From an uncultured Pelagibacteraceae bacterium (GTDB lineage Bacteria; Pseudomonadota; Alphaproteobacteria; Pelagibacterales; Pelagibacteraceae): 64,000 nucleotides of DNA. The stretch lies in contig CACDOD010000002.1 of NCBI GenBank assembly GCA_902554335.1, forward strand, positions 10,204 to 74,203, given 5' to 3'. The translations under genes and the position numbers were made by a program. A model generated the notes under the pieces. The model did not search any database and was not told the origin of the DNA. It worked only from the letters and a program-made list of their open reading frames with translations. Of the stretch, positions 42,350 through 55,291 are shown in pieces (positions within the stretch are counted from its first letter, which is position 1; the number at the start of each line of letters is the position of its first letter).

Positions 42350-42974
42350 CAATTTTAACTCCTTTATTATTTGGAACATTAACTAGTTGGACACCATCTT
42401 TTCTCTCTCTTGAAATTTGCCTTATGTAGCTTTGTTTTTTTACCCCTAATCTTTCCCTAAAAGTTAAAACTATTGCACCTATCATAGCCACAAGTAATAT
42501 CATCCCAGAAAGTTGAAACAGATGAACATAATCTGTGTACAATACGTTACCTAATGAATGAGTGTTTGAAATATTTTTATCAATAAGAATTGTGGAGGAG
42601 TTTAATAAGTCTGGCTTATATTTCCAACCTCCAACTACTACTATTAATTCTACAAATATCACTAAACTTACAAGTAATCCAATGGGTATGTGAGAACTGC
42701 TTTTTACTGATGAAAACCATTGATTTTTTTGTTGAGCAACATTCAACATCATTACTACAAATAAGAAAAGAACAGCTACAGCACCTACATATACTATTAA
42801 CATGATCATTCCTAAAAATTCAGCACCGATCATTATAAAAAGGCATGAGATACTTATAAAATCTAATATTAAAAAGAATACAGAATGAACTGTATTTCTG
42901 GCTGCAGTTACCATAATTGCTGAAATAATTGCGATAAAAGAAAATAAGTAAAAAAATATAGCGTGGGCGATCAT
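42342..42974 (-). CDS. nuoJ: NADH-quinone oxidoreductase subunit J
   Basis: AEFL…[26 protein letters not shown]. Confidence 0.95.
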   Translation of the reverse strand: MIAHAIFFYLFSFIAIISAIMVTAARNTVHSVFFLILDFISISCLFIMIGAEFLGMIMLIVYVGAVAVLFLFVVMMLNVAQQKNQWFSSVKSSSHIPIGLLVSLVIFVELIVVVGGWKYKPDLLNSSTILIDKNISNTHSLGNVLYTDYVHLFQLSGMILLVAMIGAIVLTFRERLGVKKQSYIRQISRERKDGVQLVNVPNNKGVKIDV

Positions 42975-42976
42975 TA

Positions 42977-43462
42977 TTATCTATATGGGTTGTCAGCTTT
43001 TATGTTTGCGGCAAGAATATTTTCCCATCTATCTCCATTTTCTAAAAGTTTTTCCTTGTTGTAATAAAGTTCTTCTCGAGTTTCTGTAGCAAATTCAAAA
43101 TTTGGACCTTGAACTATAGCATCTACCGGGCAAGATTCTTCGCAAAGTCCACAATAAATACATTTTAGCATGTCAATATCGTATCGAGTAGTCTTTCTGC
43201 TTCCATCTTCTCTTTCGGCAGACTCAATTGTTATTGCTTGAGCTGGACAAACTGCTTCACAAAGTTTACAAGCAATACATCTTTCTTCACCATTAGGGTA
43301 TCTTCTTAAAGCATGTTCACCTCTGGCTCTTGAACTTACTTGACCTTTTTCAAATGGATAGTTAATTGTTTTTTTTGATTTAAAAATCTCTTTAATGGCA
43401 ATAAGTAATCCAGTAATAAAATCAACCATAAAAATCGTTTTTAATAATCTTCCTAATTTCAT
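42977..43462 (-). CDS. nuoI: NADH-quinone oxidoreductase subunit I
   Basis: Two CxxCxxCxxxCP 4Fe-4S motifs; [10 protein letters not shown]. Confidence 0.97.
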   Translation of the reverse strand: MKLGRLLKTIFMVDFITGLLIAIKEIFKSKKTINYPFEKGQVSSRARGEHALRRYPNGEERCIACKLCEAVCPAQAITIESAEREDGSRKTTRYDIDMLKCIYCGLCEESCPVDAIVQGPNFEFATETREELYYNKEKLLENGDRWENILAANIKADNPYR

Positions 43463-44460
43463 ATTTGCACCGGTAATAAATTAAAATAAAGCAAATATCC
43501 TGCTGTTAACACAACCCAAATTAGTGAAAATGGTAAAAATATTTTCCAACCTAACTTCATTAATTGATCATACCTATATCTTGGAACTATTGCTTTAACT
43601 AAAGCAAAAAGAATAAATAAAAGTAAAATTTTAAATACCAACCAAAAAGGTGATGGTATTAAGGAAAACAATTCTATATCAGCTGGAGGTAGCCAGCCTC
43701 CTAAAAATAGAATTGAACCCATTGCACACATTAATAAAATATTAGCATATTCTCCGAGCCAAAACATTGCATACATCATGCCTGAATATTCAGTTTGATA
43801 TCCAGCAACTAACTCTGCTTCAGCTTCAGGCAAGTCAAAAGGAGGTCTATTTGTCTCTGCAAGAGCAGAAATAAAAAAAATAATAAACATTGGAAATAAA
43901 GGAATTATAAACCAAATATTTTGTTGAGCTAAAACAATATCATTTAAATTGAGAGAACCTACACAGAGCAGAACATTAATTATTATTACTCCTATAGAAA
44001 CCTCATAAGATACCATTTGTGCAGCAGATCGTATTGCACCAAGGAACGGATATTTTGAATTAGAAGCCCAACCACCCATTATTATTCCATAAACACCAAG
44101 AGATGAAATAGCAAATAAATACAATATTCCTACATTTATATCAGCCAAGACTAAAGTTTCACTAAATGGTATGACTGCCCAAGCAACAAGAGCTAGAGTC
44201 ATTGTGATAATTGGAGCTATTATAAAAATTACTTTGTTTGAACTAGCTGGTATAATTATTTCCTTAAATATGTATTTTAAAGCATCAGCTAAAGATTGAA
44301 GTAAGCCAAAAGGGCCAACTACATTTGGACCTCTTCGCTTTTGAACAAATGCCCATACTCTTCTATCTAGCCACACTATCATCGCTACAGTTACTAAAAC
44401 CGGTATTAATAAAAATAATATTTTATAAGTTTCAGAAAAAAATATATTTAGAGTATTCAT
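43459..44460 (-). CDS. nuoH: NADH-quinone oxidoreductase subunit H
   Basis: [39 protein letters not shown]. Confidence 0.97.
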   Translation of the reverse strand: MNTLNIFFSETYKILFLLIPVLVTVAMIVWLDRRVWAFVQKRRGPNVVGPFGLLQSLADALKYIFKEIIIPASSNKVIFIIAPIITMTLALVAWAVIPFSETLVLADINVGILYLFAISSLGVYGIIMGGWASNSKYPFLGAIRSAAQMVSYEVSIGVIIINVLLCVGSLNLNDIVLAQQNIWFIIPLFPMFIIFFISALAETNRPPFDLPEAEAELVAGYQTEYSGMMYAMFWLGEYANILLMCAMGSILFLGGWLPPADIELFSLIPSPFWLVFKILLLFILFALVKAIVPRYRYDQLMKLGWKIFLPFSLIWVVLTAGYLLYFNLLPVQI

Positions 44461-44461
44461 T

Positions 44462-46489
44462 TTACCCTTCGGTCCCTGTTTTATTCAAATTAGATCTTAA
44501 TGATCTACATTCAGACATTGTTTTTGAATTTTTAGCAATTACGTTTGAGAAATAATAATCAATATCTTCAATAAAAATTTTTTCATTTTCAAAAATATAA
44601 TTGGTCTGTATAAATTCTTCTTTTCTATTTTGATTTAAATAATTAAACATACTATCAACAAGTTCATCTTTATCTTTATATAAAAACTTATTACGTACCT
44701 TATTGGCAATTTCATTTATTATTAACCAATCTTCTTTAGCAAGCTCAGTAGGGTAAGATGCTTTGTAGGCTTTTTGAATTTTTCCTTCTAAATTTGTATA
44801 TAAACCATCTTGCTCAGTAAATGCTGCACTTGGCAATATTAAGTCTGAGTTCTTTGCGCCTTCATCCCCATGTGAGCCAATGTAGACAATAAATAAACCG
44901 TTTCTTTTGATTTTTAATTTATCTTGACCTAATAAAAATAATAAATCTATAGATTTTTCATGTAATTTTTCTAATAAAATATTTCTACCATTGTTAGTAC
45001 TAAATAATGTTAAATCGTACGAACCAACTGTAGATGCATCTTTAGCAAGTAAATTAAAAGCATTCCATTTTTCATTGATCTTGTTTGATTTGATCAGAAA
45101 TTTTTTCATTTCTTCAAATATATATTTTCCGGATTTCAACTTTAATATTGATTGACCTATAATAATAATTGGTTTTGAAGAATTATTTATTTCCACTGAT
45201 AAATCATTTTTATTTTCAACTATGTCTTTTATATAATTAGTTGAATTATCTAGTATCTTGTATGGATAAGTTTGATCTCCAATATCATTTGTTGAATATA
45301 TTGGTAATTTTGATTTCAAATATGATTTTCTTATTCTGCTATTCAAAATTGTTGCTTCATATCTAGGATTACAACCAATCATTAAAATTAAATCAGCCTC
45401 CTCAATACCTAAAATATTACTATTAAATCTATAATTTTGCTTATCAGAAAAATTCACATAATAATTTTCAGCTCTTGATTCTATTAAATTTGATTTTATT
45501 ACTTTATTAAAAAATTCTTTAGCGATATATCCGGTTTCCATATTTGTTAAATCACCAGTAAAACAACCAATTTTTTCCTCATTTGTATTCTTTATTTTTG
45601 TATTGATGACCTCATATGCGTCATTCCAAGAAATTTTACTAAATGTATTACCATCCCTTAAATATGGTGTATCCAGCCTTTGATTTTTTAGTCCATCACA
45701 TGCATATCTTGTTTTATCTGAAATCCATTCTTCATTAATTTCCTCATTAATTCTTGGAAGAATTCTTTTTACTTCCCAGCCATAAGTGTCTACCCTAATA
45801 TTTGAACCAACAGCATCCATTACATCAATAGATTCAGTTTTTTTTAACTCCCAAGGTCTAGCTTCAAATACATAAGGTTTAGAGGTAAGCGCTCCAACAG
45901 GACAAAGATCAATTACATTGGCAGATAGTTCAGACTCCATGGCTTTTTCTAAATATGTTGAAATTTGCATATTTTCTCCTCTTCCTATGGCACCTAATTC
46001 TGGTACACCAGCAACTTCAGTTGCAAATCTTATGCATCTTGTGCAATGAATGCATCTTGTCATTTGTGTTTTAATTAATGGTCCCATATATTTTTCAGGA
46101 ACTTGCCTTTTGTTTTCTTTAAATCTTGACTTATCAACACCATAAAACATTGATTGATCTTGAAGATCACACTCACCTCCTTGATCACATACAGGACAAT
46201 CTAAAGGATGATTAACTAATAAAAATTCCATTACGCCTTTTCTAGCTTTCTCAACTAAATTAGTATTAGTTTTAATATTCATTCCCTGGGCTACAGGCAT
46301 CGCACAAGATGCAACTGGTTTAGGAGACTTTTCAATTTCAACTAAACACATTCTGCAGTTTCCTGCAATTGATAATTTTTCGTGATAACAAAATCTAGGT
46401 ATTTCAAATCCTGCTTGCTCACATGCTTGTAAGACAGTGAGACCCTCTTCTACTTCAATTTCTTTATCATTTACTTTTACTTTAAGCAT
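44462..46489 (-). CDS. nuoG: NADH-quinone oxidoreductase subunit G
   Basis: [43 protein letters not shown]. Confidence 0.97.
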   Translation of the reverse strand: MLKVKVNDKEIEVEEGLTVLQACEQAGFEIPRFCYHEKLSIAGNCRMCLVEIEKSPKPVASCAMPVAQGMNIKTNTNLVEKARKGVMEFLLVNHPLDCPVCDQGGECDLQDQSMFYGVDKSRFKENKRQVPEKYMGPLIKTQMTRCIHCTRCIRFATEVAGVPELGAIGRGENMQISTYLEKAMESELSANVIDLCPVGALTSKPYVFEARPWELKKTESIDVMDAVGSNIRVDTYGWEVKRILPRINEEINEEWISDKTRYACDGLKNQRLDTPYLRDGNTFSKISWNDAYEVINTKIKNTNEEKIGCFTGDLTNMETGYIAKEFFNKVIKSNLIESRAENYYVNFSDKQNYRFNSNILGIEEADLILMIGCNPRYEATILNSRIRKSYLKSKLPIYSTNDIGDQTYPYKILDNSTNYIKDIVENKNDLSVEINNSSKPIIIIGQSILKLKSGKYIFEEMKKFLIKSNKINEKWNAFNLLAKDASTVGSYDLTLFSTNNGRNILLEKLHEKSIDLLFLLGQDKLKIKRNGLFIVYIGSHGDEGAKNSDLILPSAAFTEQDGLYTNLEGKIQKAYKASYPTELAKEDWLIINEIANKVRNKFLYKDKDELVDSMFNYLNQNRKEEFIQTNYIFENEKIFIEDIDYYFSNVIAKNSKTMSECRSLRSNLNKTGTEG

Positions 46490-47813
46490 TTTCTTTTTCT
46501 AATAAATGTTGATCAACCAAATAAGGGTTTTTTTGACCTGTATTAACTAAAGGATTAAAATTATTTCTTTCCTCAATTTCCTTTTTAAAATGTCTTAACA
46601 AACCTTGCACTGGCCATGATGATCCTTCGCCAAAAGCACAAATAGTATGACCCTCAATTTGTTTTGTTACATCCATTAACATATCTACTTCTTCTCTTGA
46701 TGCTTCACCTTTTGCCATTCTTTCTAACATTCTCCACATCCAACCTGAGCCTTCTCTACATGGAGTACATTGTCCACAACTTTCATGTTTATAAAATCTC
46801 GCAATTCTAGCCATACATTTGATGATGTCCTGATCATTGTTGATAACAACTATCCCTGCTGTTCCTAATCCTGTTTTATTTTCCACACATGCATCAAAAT
46901 CCATTTTTATTGTATCGCAAATATTTTTTGGCAATAACGGCATTGATGATCCTCCAGGTATAACCGCTTTTAGATTATCCCAACCTCCTTGAACACCACC
47001 AGCATGTTTTTCAATAAGATCTTTCAGTGATACACCCATTTCTTCTTCAACATTGCATGGGTTATTTACATTTCCAGATATGCAATAAATTTTAGTTCCA
47101 GTGTTTCTGTCACGACCTAGAGATGAAAACCATTTTGCGCCTCTTCTTAAAATTGTAGGAACAACTGAAATTGTTTCAACATTATTTATTATTGTTGGAC
47201 ATCCATATAAACCTATTATGGCTGGAAAAGGAGGTTTTAACCTCGGCTGTCCCTTTTTCCCTTCAAGACTCTCCAATAAAGCTGTTTCCTCTCCACAAAT
47301 ATATGCGCCCGCACCATAATGTATATAAATATCTAAATCCCAACCTGTATTTGAGGAATTTTTTCCTATTAAGCCATCAGCATAGGCTTCATCTATAGCT
47401 TTTTGAAGTTTTGCACCTTCATTTATATATTCTCCTCTAATATAAATGTAACAAACATGAGCATTTACTGCATAAGAGGAAATTAAACAACCTTCTATTA
47501 ATTTGTGTGGTTCAAATCTTAGAATGTCTCTATCTTTACATGTGCCTGGTTCTGACTCATCAGCATTAATAACTAAATAGTGTGGTCTTGATCCTATTTC
47601 TTTGGGTGCGAACGACCATTTTAGTCCAGTCGGAAATCCTGCACCACCTCTGCCTCTTAATTGGGAGTCTTTGATCTCATTAATTATCCAATCTCTTCCT
47701 TTGTTACATATATCTTTTGTATTTATCCAATCACCTCTCTCTTTTGATGATTTAAGATCTGCACCAAAATCATTATATAAATTTTTGAATATTCTATCTT
47801 TATCCTCAAGCAT
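46482..47813 (-). CDS. nuoF: NADH-quinone oxidoreductase subunit F
   Basis: [35 protein letters not shown]. Confidence 0.98.
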   Translation of the reverse strand: MLEDKDRIFKNLYNDFGADLKSSKERGDWINTKDICNKGRDWIINEIKDSQLRGRGGAGFPTGLKWSFAPKEIGSRPHYLVINADESEPGTCKDRDILRFEPHKLIEGCLISSYAVNAHVCYIYIRGEYINEGAKLQKAIDEAYADGLIGKNSSNTGWDLDIYIHYGAGAYICGEETALLESLEGKKGQPRLKPPFPAIIGLYGCPTIINNVETISVVPTILRRGAKWFSSLGRDRNTGTKIYCISGNVNNPCNVEEEMGVSLKDLIEKHAGGVQGGWDNLKAVIPGGSSMPLLPKNICDTIKMDFDACVENKTGLGTAGIVVINNDQDIIKCMARIARFYKHESCGQCTPCREGSGWMWRMLERMAKGEASREEVDMLMDVTKQIEGHTICAFGEGSSWPVQGLLRHFKKEIEERNNFNPLVNTGQKNPYLVDQHLLEKENA

Positions 47814-48414
47814 TTTTATTTTCCATCAATGTAATTCTGTTCTCCTCAGGCTCTGAACTTTTCCTCCCTTTATATGAGCCAGGTTTTATTGTTAGATCTT
47901 GTTTAATATTATCAATTATTTTTTCTAGTTTTATTTCATCAAGATCTTCAAAGTAGTCATCATTAATTTGTAACATTGGGGCATTAACGCAGGCACCTAA
48001 ACATTCAACTTCCATCCAGGATATTTTTCCATTTCTTGAAATTTCATTTTCATTTTCTGAAATTTTTTTTTTACAAACATCAACTAGCTTATATGCACCT
48101 CTAAGCATGCATGGTGTTGTTGTGCAAACTTGAAAAAAATAATCACCTACAGGTGCTAAATTATACATCGAATAAAAAGTTGCAACTTCATAAACTTTTA
48201 TGTACGGCATCGCCAAATATCTTGCTATATATTTCATTGCTGAGAGAGGTATCCAATTATTATTTTGTCTTTGCGCTAAATACAAAAGTGCCATAACTGC
48301 ACTTTGTTGTTTTCCTTCTGGATAATTTGCTATAATTTTTTTTGCTAATTCGTTATTTTTTGAATTAAATTCAAAATTATCTGGCTGATTTTTTGATATT
48401 TTTTTTATACTCAT
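47806..48414 (-). CDS. nuoE: NADH-quinone oxidoreductase subunit E
   Basis: [20 protein letters not shown]. Confidence 0.96.
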   Translation of the reverse strand: MSIKKISKNQPDNFEFNSKNNELAKKIIANYPEGKQQSAVMALLYLAQRQNNNWIPLSAMKYIARYLAMPYIKVYEVATFYSMYNLAPVGDYFFQVCTTTPCMLRGAYKLVDVCKKKISENENEISRNGKISWMEVECLGACVNAPMLQINDDYFEDLDEIKLEKIIDNIKQDLTIKPGSYKGRKSSEPEENRITLMENKNA

Positions 48415-49586
48415 CTATCAACTTCTCCAAAAACTATATCCATTGATCCTAGAACCGCTGGTACGTCTGCTAGCATATGACCCTTAATTAAATAATCCAT
48501 TGCTTGCAAATGTGAGAATCCTGGTGCTCTTATTTTGCACTTGTACGGCTTGTTTGATCCATCTGATATTAGATAGACACCAAATTCACCTTTTGGTGCC
48601 TCTACAGCCTTATAAATTTCATCTTTATCTACTCTGTATCCTTCGGTAAATAGCTTGAAATGATGAATTAAAGCTTCCATAGAATTTTTTAAATCTTTTT
48701 TTGGTGGTGGTGTAACTTTGGCATCTTGGGTTTTAACTGGGCCTTTAGGTAGTTTGACTAAACATTGATTAATTATATTTATGCTTTCTCTCATTTCTTC
48801 AATTCTGCATAAATATCTATCGTAACAGTCACCATTTTTTCCTACTGGTATTTTAAATTCCAATTGTTCATAACAATCGTAAGGTTGGGATTTTCTTAAA
48901 TCCCAAGCTACCCCAGAACCTCTTAGCATTACACCTGAAAATGAGTAATCAAGAGCATCTTGTTTTGATACAATTCCTATGTCAACATTTCTTTGTTTAA
49001 AAATTCTATTATCTGTTAATAAAGTTTCTAAATCATCAATTATTTTTGGAAACTCTTCACAAAATTTAGCTAAGTCTTCAACTAATCCTCTTGGTAAATC
49101 CTTATGAACTCCTCCTGGTCTAAAATAGTTTGCATGTAATCTTGATCCAGAAACTCTTTCATAAAAACCCATAAGTTTTTCTCTTTCTTCAAAACCCCAC
49201 AATGTCGGTGTTAAAGCACCCACATCCATGGCTTGGGTTGTCACATTTAATATATGACTTAATATACGTCCAATCTCACAAAATATAACTCTTATAAATT
49301 GACCTCTTATGGGTACTTCTAATTTTAAAATATCTTCTACCGCTAAAGCGAAAGCATGTTCTTGATTCATTGGCGCAACATAATCAAGTCTATCGAAGTA
49401 TGGAACAGCTTGAGAATAAGTTTTATGTTCTATTAACTTTTCAGTGCCTCTATGTAATAAGCCTATATGAGGATCTGCTTTTTCAACAACTTCTCCATCT
49501 AGCTCTAAAATTAATCTTAAAACTCCGTGTGCAGCTGGATGTTGGGGTCCAAAGTTTAAATTTAATGTCTTTTTTTCTTTAGTCAT
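48411..49586 (-). CDS. nuoD: NADH-quinone oxidoreductase subunit D
   Basis: [32 protein letters not shown]. Confidence 0.98.
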   Translation of the reverse strand: MTKEKKTLNLNFGPQHPAAHGVLRLILELDGEVVEKADPHIGLLHRGTEKLIEHKTYSQAVPYFDRLDYVAPMNQEHAFALAVEDILKLEVPIRGQFIRVIFCEIGRILSHILNVTTQAMDVGALTPTLWGFEEREKLMGFYERVSGSRLHANYFRPGGVHKDLPRGLVEDLAKFCEEFPKIIDDLETLLTDNRIFKQRNVDIGIVSKQDALDYSFSGVMLRGSGVAWDLRKSQPYDCYEQLEFKIPVGKNGDCYDRYLCRIEEMRESINIINQCLVKLPKGPVKTQDAKVTPPPKKDLKNSMEALIHHFKLFTEGYRVDKDEIYKAVEAPKGEFGVYLISDGSNKPYKCKIRAPGFSHLQAMDYLIKGHMLADVPAVLGSMDIVFGEVDR

Positions 49587-50175
49587 TTTTCTTACTAATT
49601 TCTTTTATATATTTTGTGCCTTCCCAAGGACTTTCATAATCAAAATTTCTGTAATTTTGCTCAAGTTTTACTGGTTCATATAAAACTTTTTTTTCATCCT
49701 CACTGTACCTAACTTCATTATGACCAGTTAAAGGAAAATCTTTTCTTAATGGAAAACCTTTAAAATTATAATCAGTAAGTATTCTTCTTAAATCTGGATG
49801 ATCTTTAAATTTTATACCATACATATCAAATACCTCTCTTTCCATCCAGTTTGCTGATGGAAAAATTTCAGTTATTGATGGAATTACCTCATTTTCATTT
49901 ATTGAATAACTTAAAATAATTCTTTTGTTTAATTCATGACTGAGCATTAAATAAGTTAGTTTAAATCTTTGTTTTTGTTCAGGGTAGTCTACAGCTGTTA
50001 TATCTATTAATTGTCTAAACTTAGTTGTAGCATTATTTTTTAAAAAAAATAAAACTTCAATGAGATCATTACAATCAATATTTATATATAATTGATTGTG
50101 TTTTATCTCGCTTGATTTTATTTTTGAAGCTTGTTCAGAATTAATTTTTTTTTCTAAATCCTGTAGGTTAATCAT
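49579..50175 (-). CDS. nuoC: NADH-quinone oxidoreductase subunit C
   Basis: [32 protein letters not shown]. Confidence 0.97.
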   Translation of the reverse strand: MINLQDLEKKINSEQASKIKSSEIKHNQLYINIDCNDLIEVLFFLKNNATTKFRQLIDITAVDYPEQKQRFKLTYLMLSHELNKRIILSYSINENEVIPSITEIFPSANWMEREVFDMYGIKFKDHPDLRRILTDYNFKGFPLRKDFPLTGHNEVRYSEDEKKVLYEPVKLEQNYRNFDYESPWEGTKYIKEISKKND

Positions 50176-50176
50176 T

Positions 50177-50698
50177 TTATCTTTCTATTGAACCTCTATT
50201 TCTTATTTTTTTTTGAAGTTGCATTATTCCATACAATAATGCCTCAGCTGATGGTGGACAACCAGGCACATATATATCTACTGGAACGATTCTATCGCAT
50301 CCTCTTACAACTGAGTATGAATAATGATAATAACCACCACCATTTGCGCAACTACCCATAGATATTACATATCTTGGTTCTGGCATCTGATCATATACCT
50401 TTCTTAAAGCAGGAGCCATTTTATTTGTTAAAGTTCCTGCAACAATCATTACATCTGATTGCCTTGGTGATGCTCGTGGTGCTGCTCCAAATCTTTCTAG
50501 ATCATATCTAGGCATTGAAGTTTGCATCATTTCTACTGCACAACATGCTAAACCAAAAGTCATCCAATGTAGCGAACCTGTTCTTGCCCAATTTACTAAA
50601 TTATCAAACGATGTAGTGATAAAACCTTTCTCACTAAAATCTTTAGCTAAATCTTTAAATTCATCTGGAATCTGTTTTTGTTTTTCCGCAAAATTCAT
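50177..50698 (-). CDS. nuoB: NADH-quinone oxidoreductase subunit B
   Basis: [29 protein letters not shown]. Confidence 0.98.
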   Translation of the reverse strand: MNFAEKQKQIPDEFKDLAKDFSEKGFITTSFDNLVNWARTGSLHWMTFGLACCAVEMMQTSMPRYDLERFGAAPRASPRQSDVMIVAGTLTNKMAPALRKVYDQMPEPRYVISMGSCANGGGYYHYSYSVVRGCDRIVPVDIYVPGCPPSAEALLYGIMQLQKKIRNRGSIER

Positions 50699-50701
50699 CT
50701 T

Positions 50702-51079
50702 TTATTCCCAATCTAATGCTCCTTTTTTCCACTCGTATATAAATCCTATTGTTAGGATAAATAAAAAAATCATCATTGATATAAATCCAAACAAACCAAT
50801 TTTACCCAGTGAAATTGCCCACGGAAATAGAAACGCTATTTCTAGATCAAATATAATAAATAAAATTGCAACAAGATAAAATCTAACATCAAATTCCATC
50901 CTAGAGTCATCGAAGGCTTCAAATCCGCACTCATATGTAGATAATTTTTCAGGATCAGGGTTCTTTGGAGAAAAAATAAAATTAACAAAGATAAAACCTA
51001 CGCTTAAAACTAAGGCGATTCCTAAAAATATTATTATCGATAAGTATTCGTCTAAAAAGTCAAATAGCATGGACTTCAT
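50702..51079 (-). CDS. nuoA: NADH-quinone oxidoreductase subunit A
   Basis: YECGF, FIIFDLE, GALDWE; start may be 51070. Confidence 0.95.
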   Translation of the reverse strand: MKSMLFDFLDEYLSIIIFLGIALVLSVGFIFVNFIFSPKNPDPEKLSTYECGFEAFDDSRMEFDVRFYLVAILFIIFDLEIAFLFPWAISLGKIGLFGFISMMIFLFILTIGFIYEWKKGALDWE

Positions 51080-51135
51080 ATATATCAGTTTTATAATAAT
51101 AAAAGAAGAAGATAGGTCACATTAAAGTGAAAAAA

Positions 51136-51212
51136 TGGCGGGAGTGACGGGACTCGAACCCGCGGCCTCCTGCGTGACAGGCAGGCGCTCTAACCAACTG
51201 AGCTACACCCCC
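51136..51212 (-). tRNA. tRNA-Asp (GTC)
   Basis: GGGGGTGTAGCTCAGTTGGTTAGAGCGCCTGCCT-GTC-ACGCAGG…GGTTCGAGTCCC…CACTCCCGCCA; 77 nt cloverleaf with encoded CCA. Confidence 0.97.
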
Positions 51213-51216
51213 ATTT

Positions 51217-51292
51217 TGGTGGGCAGTAAAGGACTCGAACCTTTGACCCCCTCGGTGTAAACGAGATGCTCTACCAACTGAGCTAACCGCCC
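51217..51292 (-). tRNA. tRNA-Val (TAC)
   Basis: GGGCGGTTAGCTCAGTTGGTAGAGCATCTCGTT-TAC-ACCGAG…GGTTCGAGTCC…ACTGCCCACCA; 76 nt. Confidence 0.97.
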
Positions 51293-51308
51293 CCAAACAA
51301 AGTAAGTG

Positions 51309-51336
51309 TTTATATCTTTTAGTACCACAACGTCAA
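51309..51336 (-). promoter_or_regulatory. Putative sigma70 promoter for tRNA-Val/Asp (possibly reading on into nuo)
   Basis: Minus strand TTGACG-N16-TATAAA, 16 bp upstream of tRNA-Val. Confidence 0.5.
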
Positions 51337-51506
51337 GTTCAATTATTGGTCGTAAATGGCCAAAAAAATTATTTTTATAACTATTCAAATATTAGAGCTT
51401 GTATGAAATTTTAAATATTAAAAAATTTAATTATGATATTAAATTAAATTACAAATAAGTACTTTTTTAAAATTTTGTAATTGTTAAGAAAACTTAATTT
51501 AAAAAA

Positions 51507-53885
51507 TTATTGAATACTTGCTTGAGATTTGTCTTCTTTTTTTTGTAACTCTACATCTGCCCATTCTGTTTTTTTAAGTTCTTTTGTAAGAGCAATTTTT
51601 AAAGCTTCATCAACATGTTTGATTGGAGTTATTTTTATATCTTTTTTAACTTTTTCAGGAATATCGACTAAATCTTTTTCATTTTCATTGGGTATTAAAA
51701 CATGTTTAATGCCTGCTCTATGTGCTGCTAGTAATTTTTCTTTCAATCCACCAATAGCCAAAACTTGTCCTGTAATTGTTACTTCGCCAGTCATGGCTAT
51801 TTCTTTGTTAATCGGAATATTAGTTATAGATGAAACAATAGAAGTTACCATGGCAATACCAGCTGAAGGACCATCTTTAGGTGTGGCTCCCTCAGGTACA
51901 TGAATATGAAAATCCTTTTTTTCAAATACTGGGGGAATTATCCCATATTCTAAACTCTTTGATCTAACAAAAGATTTTGCAGCTTTAACCGATTCTTGCA
52001 TGACATCACCAAGTTTGCCTGTAATTTGCATTCTTCCTTTTCCAGGCATATGAACAGTTTCAATTTTTAATATCTCTCCACCAAACTCAGTCCATGCTAA
52101 ACCAGTAACTATTCCAATTTTATTTTCGTTTTCAACTTCTCCGTATTTGAATTTTTTAATTCCTAAAAAGTCGTTAATATTTTCTGCACTAACTTCAACT
52201 TTTTCTTGTTCATTATTTACTATTTTTTTAACAACTTTTCTTGTGATCTTGGAGATTTCTCTTTCCAGATTTCTTACACCTGACTCTCTTGTATATGATC
52301 TTATAATTTCTCTTATTGTTCCTTCTTTTAGATCTAATTCTTTATCTTTAACTCCGTTTTCTTTAACTTGTTTGGGTAAAAGATATTTGTTTGCAATACT
52401 AATTTTTTCATCTTCAGTGTATCCAGGAATTCTTATGACCTCCATCCTGTCTAATAGAGGAGGAAGAATATTTAAAGTGTTCGCTGTAGTTACAAACATA
52501 ACATCCGATAAATCATAATCAACTTCAAGATAATGATCATTAAATGAAGTGTTCTGTTCAGGATCCAAAGCTTCTAATAATGCAGAAGAGGGGTCTCCTC
52601 TGTAATCGTTACCGACTTTATCAATCTCATCTAAAAGTATTAAAGGATTTTTTGTTCCAGCTTTTTTCATCATTTGTATTATTTTTCCTGGTAGTGAGCC
52701 AATATAAGTTCTCCTATGACCTCTAATTTCAGCCTCATCTCTTACTCCACCCAAAGACATTCTAACGAATTGTCTGTTTGTTGCTTTTGCTATCGACTTA
52801 CCAAGTGAAGTTTTACCAACTCCTGGGGGGCCTACTAAACATAGTATTGGACCTTTTATTTTTTCCATTCTTTTTTGTACAGCTAAAAATTCAATAATTC
52901 TCTCTTTTACTTTTTCCAATCCAAAATGGTCTTCATCTAAAGTTTTAATTGCATTATTCAAATCTATATCGACTTTGTCTTTTTTGAACCAAGGTAAATC
53001 AATCATCCAATCAAGATAATTTCTGACAACTGTAGCCTCTGCAGACATAGGGCTCATATTTTTAAGTTTTTTTAATTCTGACATACATTTTTTTTCAACT
53101 TCTTTTGGCATTTTTGCCTTCAAAATTGATTTTTTTAAGTTTGTGCTCTCATCCTTGCCATCTTCAATTTCACCAAGCTCTTTCTGAATTGCTTTTAGCT
53201 GCTCGTTTAAATAATATTCTCTTTGTGTTTTTTCCATTTGATTTTTAACTCTTCCTCTAATTCTTTTTTCAACACCAATAATACTTGTTTCGTTTTCCAT
53301 GACTTTAATTATTGAGTCTAGACGTTTCTTCACATTAAAAGTTTCAAAAATTTGTTGTTTTTCTGAAATTGTCATATTTAAGTGAGAGGCAATATGATCT
53401 GCAATTGATGAAGGGTCTTTTAGATCTTTAATGTTGTTTATTGTATCAGAATTAACTTTTTTGTTTATTGAGGTAAGTTTTTCTAATCTTCTTACTGCAA
53501 CAGAAGCCAAGGAATTTAAATTCTCAGGATTTTCTATTTCATCTTTTTGTATTTCATAATCACATTTAATAAATTTATCATTTTCTACAAAATCAAGTAT
53601 TTTTACTCTTTTAATTCCTTCTACCAATACTTTAACTGTGCCATCAGGTAGTTTTAAAAGTTGTAAAATTCTACTTTCACATCCATAATTAAATATATCA
53701 TTTCGTTTAGGATCGTCAGTTTCTGAATTTTTTTGTGTTACCAATAAAATTTTTTTTTCTGATGACATTACGTCATTAAGAGCATTTATTGATTTATCTC
53801 TTCCAACAAATAAAGGTATTACCATACTTGGAAAAACAACGATATCTCTTAGCGGCAACAACGGAAGATTCATTTTAACATTCAT
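51507..53885 (-). CDS. lon: ATP-dependent protease La
   Basis: LPLLPLRD, GPPGVGKTS, LLDEIDK, PKDGPSAG (catalytic Ser), GGLKEK. Confidence 0.98.
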   Translation of the reverse strand: MNVKMNLPLLPLRDIVVFPSMVIPLFVGRDKSINALNDVMSSEKKILLVTQKNSETDDPKRNDIFNYGCESRILQLLKLPDGTVKVLVEGIKRVKILDFVENDKFIKCDYEIQKDEIENPENLNSLASVAVRRLEKLTSINKKVNSDTINNIKDLKDPSSIADHIASHLNMTISEKQQIFETFNVKKRLDSIIKVMENETSIIGVEKRIRGRVKNQMEKTQREYYLNEQLKAIQKELGEIEDGKDESTNLKKSILKAKMPKEVEKKCMSELKKLKNMSPMSAEATVVRNYLDWMIDLPWFKKDKVDIDLNNAIKTLDEDHFGLEKVKERIIEFLAVQKRMEKIKGPILCLVGPPGVGKTSLGKSIAKATNRQFVRMSLGGVRDEAEIRGHRRTYIGSLPGKIIQMMKKAGTKNPLILLDEIDKVGNDYRGDPSSALLEALDPEQNTSFNDHYLEVDYDLSDVMFVTTANTLNILPPLLDRMEVIRIPGYTEDEKISIANKYLLPKQVKENGVKDKELDLKEGTIREIIRSYTRESGVRNLEREISKITRKVVKKIVNNEQEKVEVSAENINDFLGIKKFKYGEVENENKIGIVTGLAWTEFGGEILKIETVHMPGKGRMQITGKLGDVMQESVKAAKSFVRSKSLEYGIIPPVFEKKDFHIHVPEGATPKDGPSAGIAMVTSIVSSITNIPINKEIAMTGEVTITGQVLAIGGLKEKLLAAHRAGIKHVLIPNENEKDLVDIPEKVKKDIKITPIKHVDEALKIALTKELKKTEWADVELQKKEDKSQASIQ

Positions 53886-53892
53886 ATTTTAA

Positions 53893-53919
53893 ATATGGAT
53901 ATTATATAGAAATTTGCAA
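53893..53919 (-). promoter_or_regulatory. Possible RpoH (sigma32)-type promoter for lon
   Basis: Minus strand TTG-N17-TCCATAT 7 bp before the lon ATG, resembling alphaproteobacterial heat-shock promoters. AT-rich context lowers specificity. Confidence 0.35.
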
Positions 53920-53941
53920 TAGTTATTTAAAATTTATTATG

Positions 53942-55201
53942 TTAAGCTGCAGTGGTCTTTTCAGACTTAGAGTTATTTTTAGAGTGAACTATAACAGGCT
54001 CAGAAGCTCCATTTACAGAACCTGTGTCAATTATAACCTCTTCTATGTCATTTTGACCTGGTAGATCAAACATTATTTTCAATAGTGCATTTTCTAATAT
54101 TGATCTTAAACCTCTTGCTCCTGTTTTTTTTGACATTGCTTTGTTTGCAATTTCTTTGACAGCTTCATCTTTAAAGGTCAACTTTACTCCTTCTAATTTG
54201 AACAATTCTTGATATTGTTTTATCAAAGAATTTTTAGGCTCTAATAAAATTTGAACGAGAGCACTCTTATCCAAATCTTCTAAGGTTGCTATTATTGGAA
54301 GTCTTCCTACAAATTCTGGAATTAAACCATATTTTAGTAAATCCTCTGGTTCTAATCCTTTCATCCATTCACCTGTTTTCTTTTCCTCTATAGACTTAAC
54401 TTTGGCACTAAAACCAATTGAGGAACCTTTGTCTCTTTGTGATATTATTTTATCTAGACCTGCAAAAGCACCACCACAAATAAATAAAATATTAGTTGTG
54501 TCAACTTGTAAAAACTCTTGCTGAGGATGTTTTCTTCCTCCTTGTGGAGGAACACTTGCAATTGTTCCTTCCATAATTTTTAACAAAGCTTGTTGAACAC
54601 CTTCGCCTGAGACATCTCTTGTTATAGATGGGTTTTCAGTTTTTCTGCTTATTTTATCAACCTCGTCTATATAAACAATTCCTCTTTGTGCTTTTTCAAC
54701 ATTGTAGTCTGCTGCTTGTAAAAGTTTTAGTATAATATTTTCAACATCTTCTCCAACATATCCTGCTTCTGTTAAAGTTGTTGCGTCTGCCATTGTAAAT
54801 GGGACATCTAGAATTCTTGCTAATGTCTGTGCTAATAAGGTTTTTCCACATCCAGTTGGACCAACTAATAGAATGTTGGATTTAGATAGTTCTACATTTT
54901 TAGAAGTTTTATTCTCATAATTTAATCTTTTATAATGATTGTGCACTGCAACAGATAAAACTTTTTTGGCGTGCTCTTGTCCAATTACATAATCATCTAA
55001 CACTTTACAAATTTCCTTGGGAGCAGGTAACCCATCTTGATGTTTTACAAAATTATCTTTGCTTTCCTCTTTTATAATGTCCATGCATAGTTCTACACAT
55101 TCATCACATATAAAAACTGTGGGGCCGGCAATTAATTTTCTAACTTCATGTTGGCTTTTCCCACAAAAAGAACAGTAAAGAATATTTTTGTTTGTGCTCA
55201 T
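53942..55201 (-). CDS. clpX: ATP-dependent Clp protease ATPase ClpX
   Basis: CSFCGK…CDEC zinc finger, [21 protein letters not shown] loop. Confidence 0.98.
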   Translation of the reverse strand: MSTNKNILYCSFCGKSQHEVRKLIAGPTVFICDECVELCMDIIKEESKDNFVKHQDGLPAPKEICKVLDDYVIGQEHAKKVLSVAVHNHYKRLNYENKTSKNVELSKSNILLVGPTGCGKTLLAQTLARILDVPFTMADATTLTEAGYVGEDVENIILKLLQAADYNVEKAQRGIVYIDEVDKISRKTENPSITRDVSGEGVQQALLKIMEGTIASVPPQGGRKHPQQEFLQVDTTNILFICGGAFAGLDKIISQRDKGSSIGFSAKVKSIEEKKTGEWMKGLEPEDLLKYGLIPEFVGRLPIIATLEDLDKSALVQILLEPKNSLIKQYQELFKLEGVKLTFKDEAVKEIANKAMSKKTGARGLRSILENALLKIMFDLPGQNDIEEVIIDTGSVNGASEPVIVHSKNNSKSEKTTAA

Positions 55202-55274
55202 AATTTTTTATAACGAATCAATATGACTACATTATTACATTAATATATATGATATCAAGCGGAGGTTGTTTGTA

Positions 55275-55290
55275 CATCAATATATTGATG
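55275..55290. promoter_or_regulatory. Perfect 16-bp palindrome (NrdR-box-like core) between clpP and clpX
   Basis: CATCAATATATTGATG is its own reverse complement; function not established. Confidence 0.4.
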
Positions 55291-55291
55291 A

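Noticed and set aside
51322-51340. GTAC…GTTC as an extra SOS box at the tRNA promoter
   Set aside because: The spacer is 11 nt, not 7.
51203-51388. 61-aa minus-strand ORF
   Set aside because: Runs through tRNA-Val; a translation of tRNA sequence.
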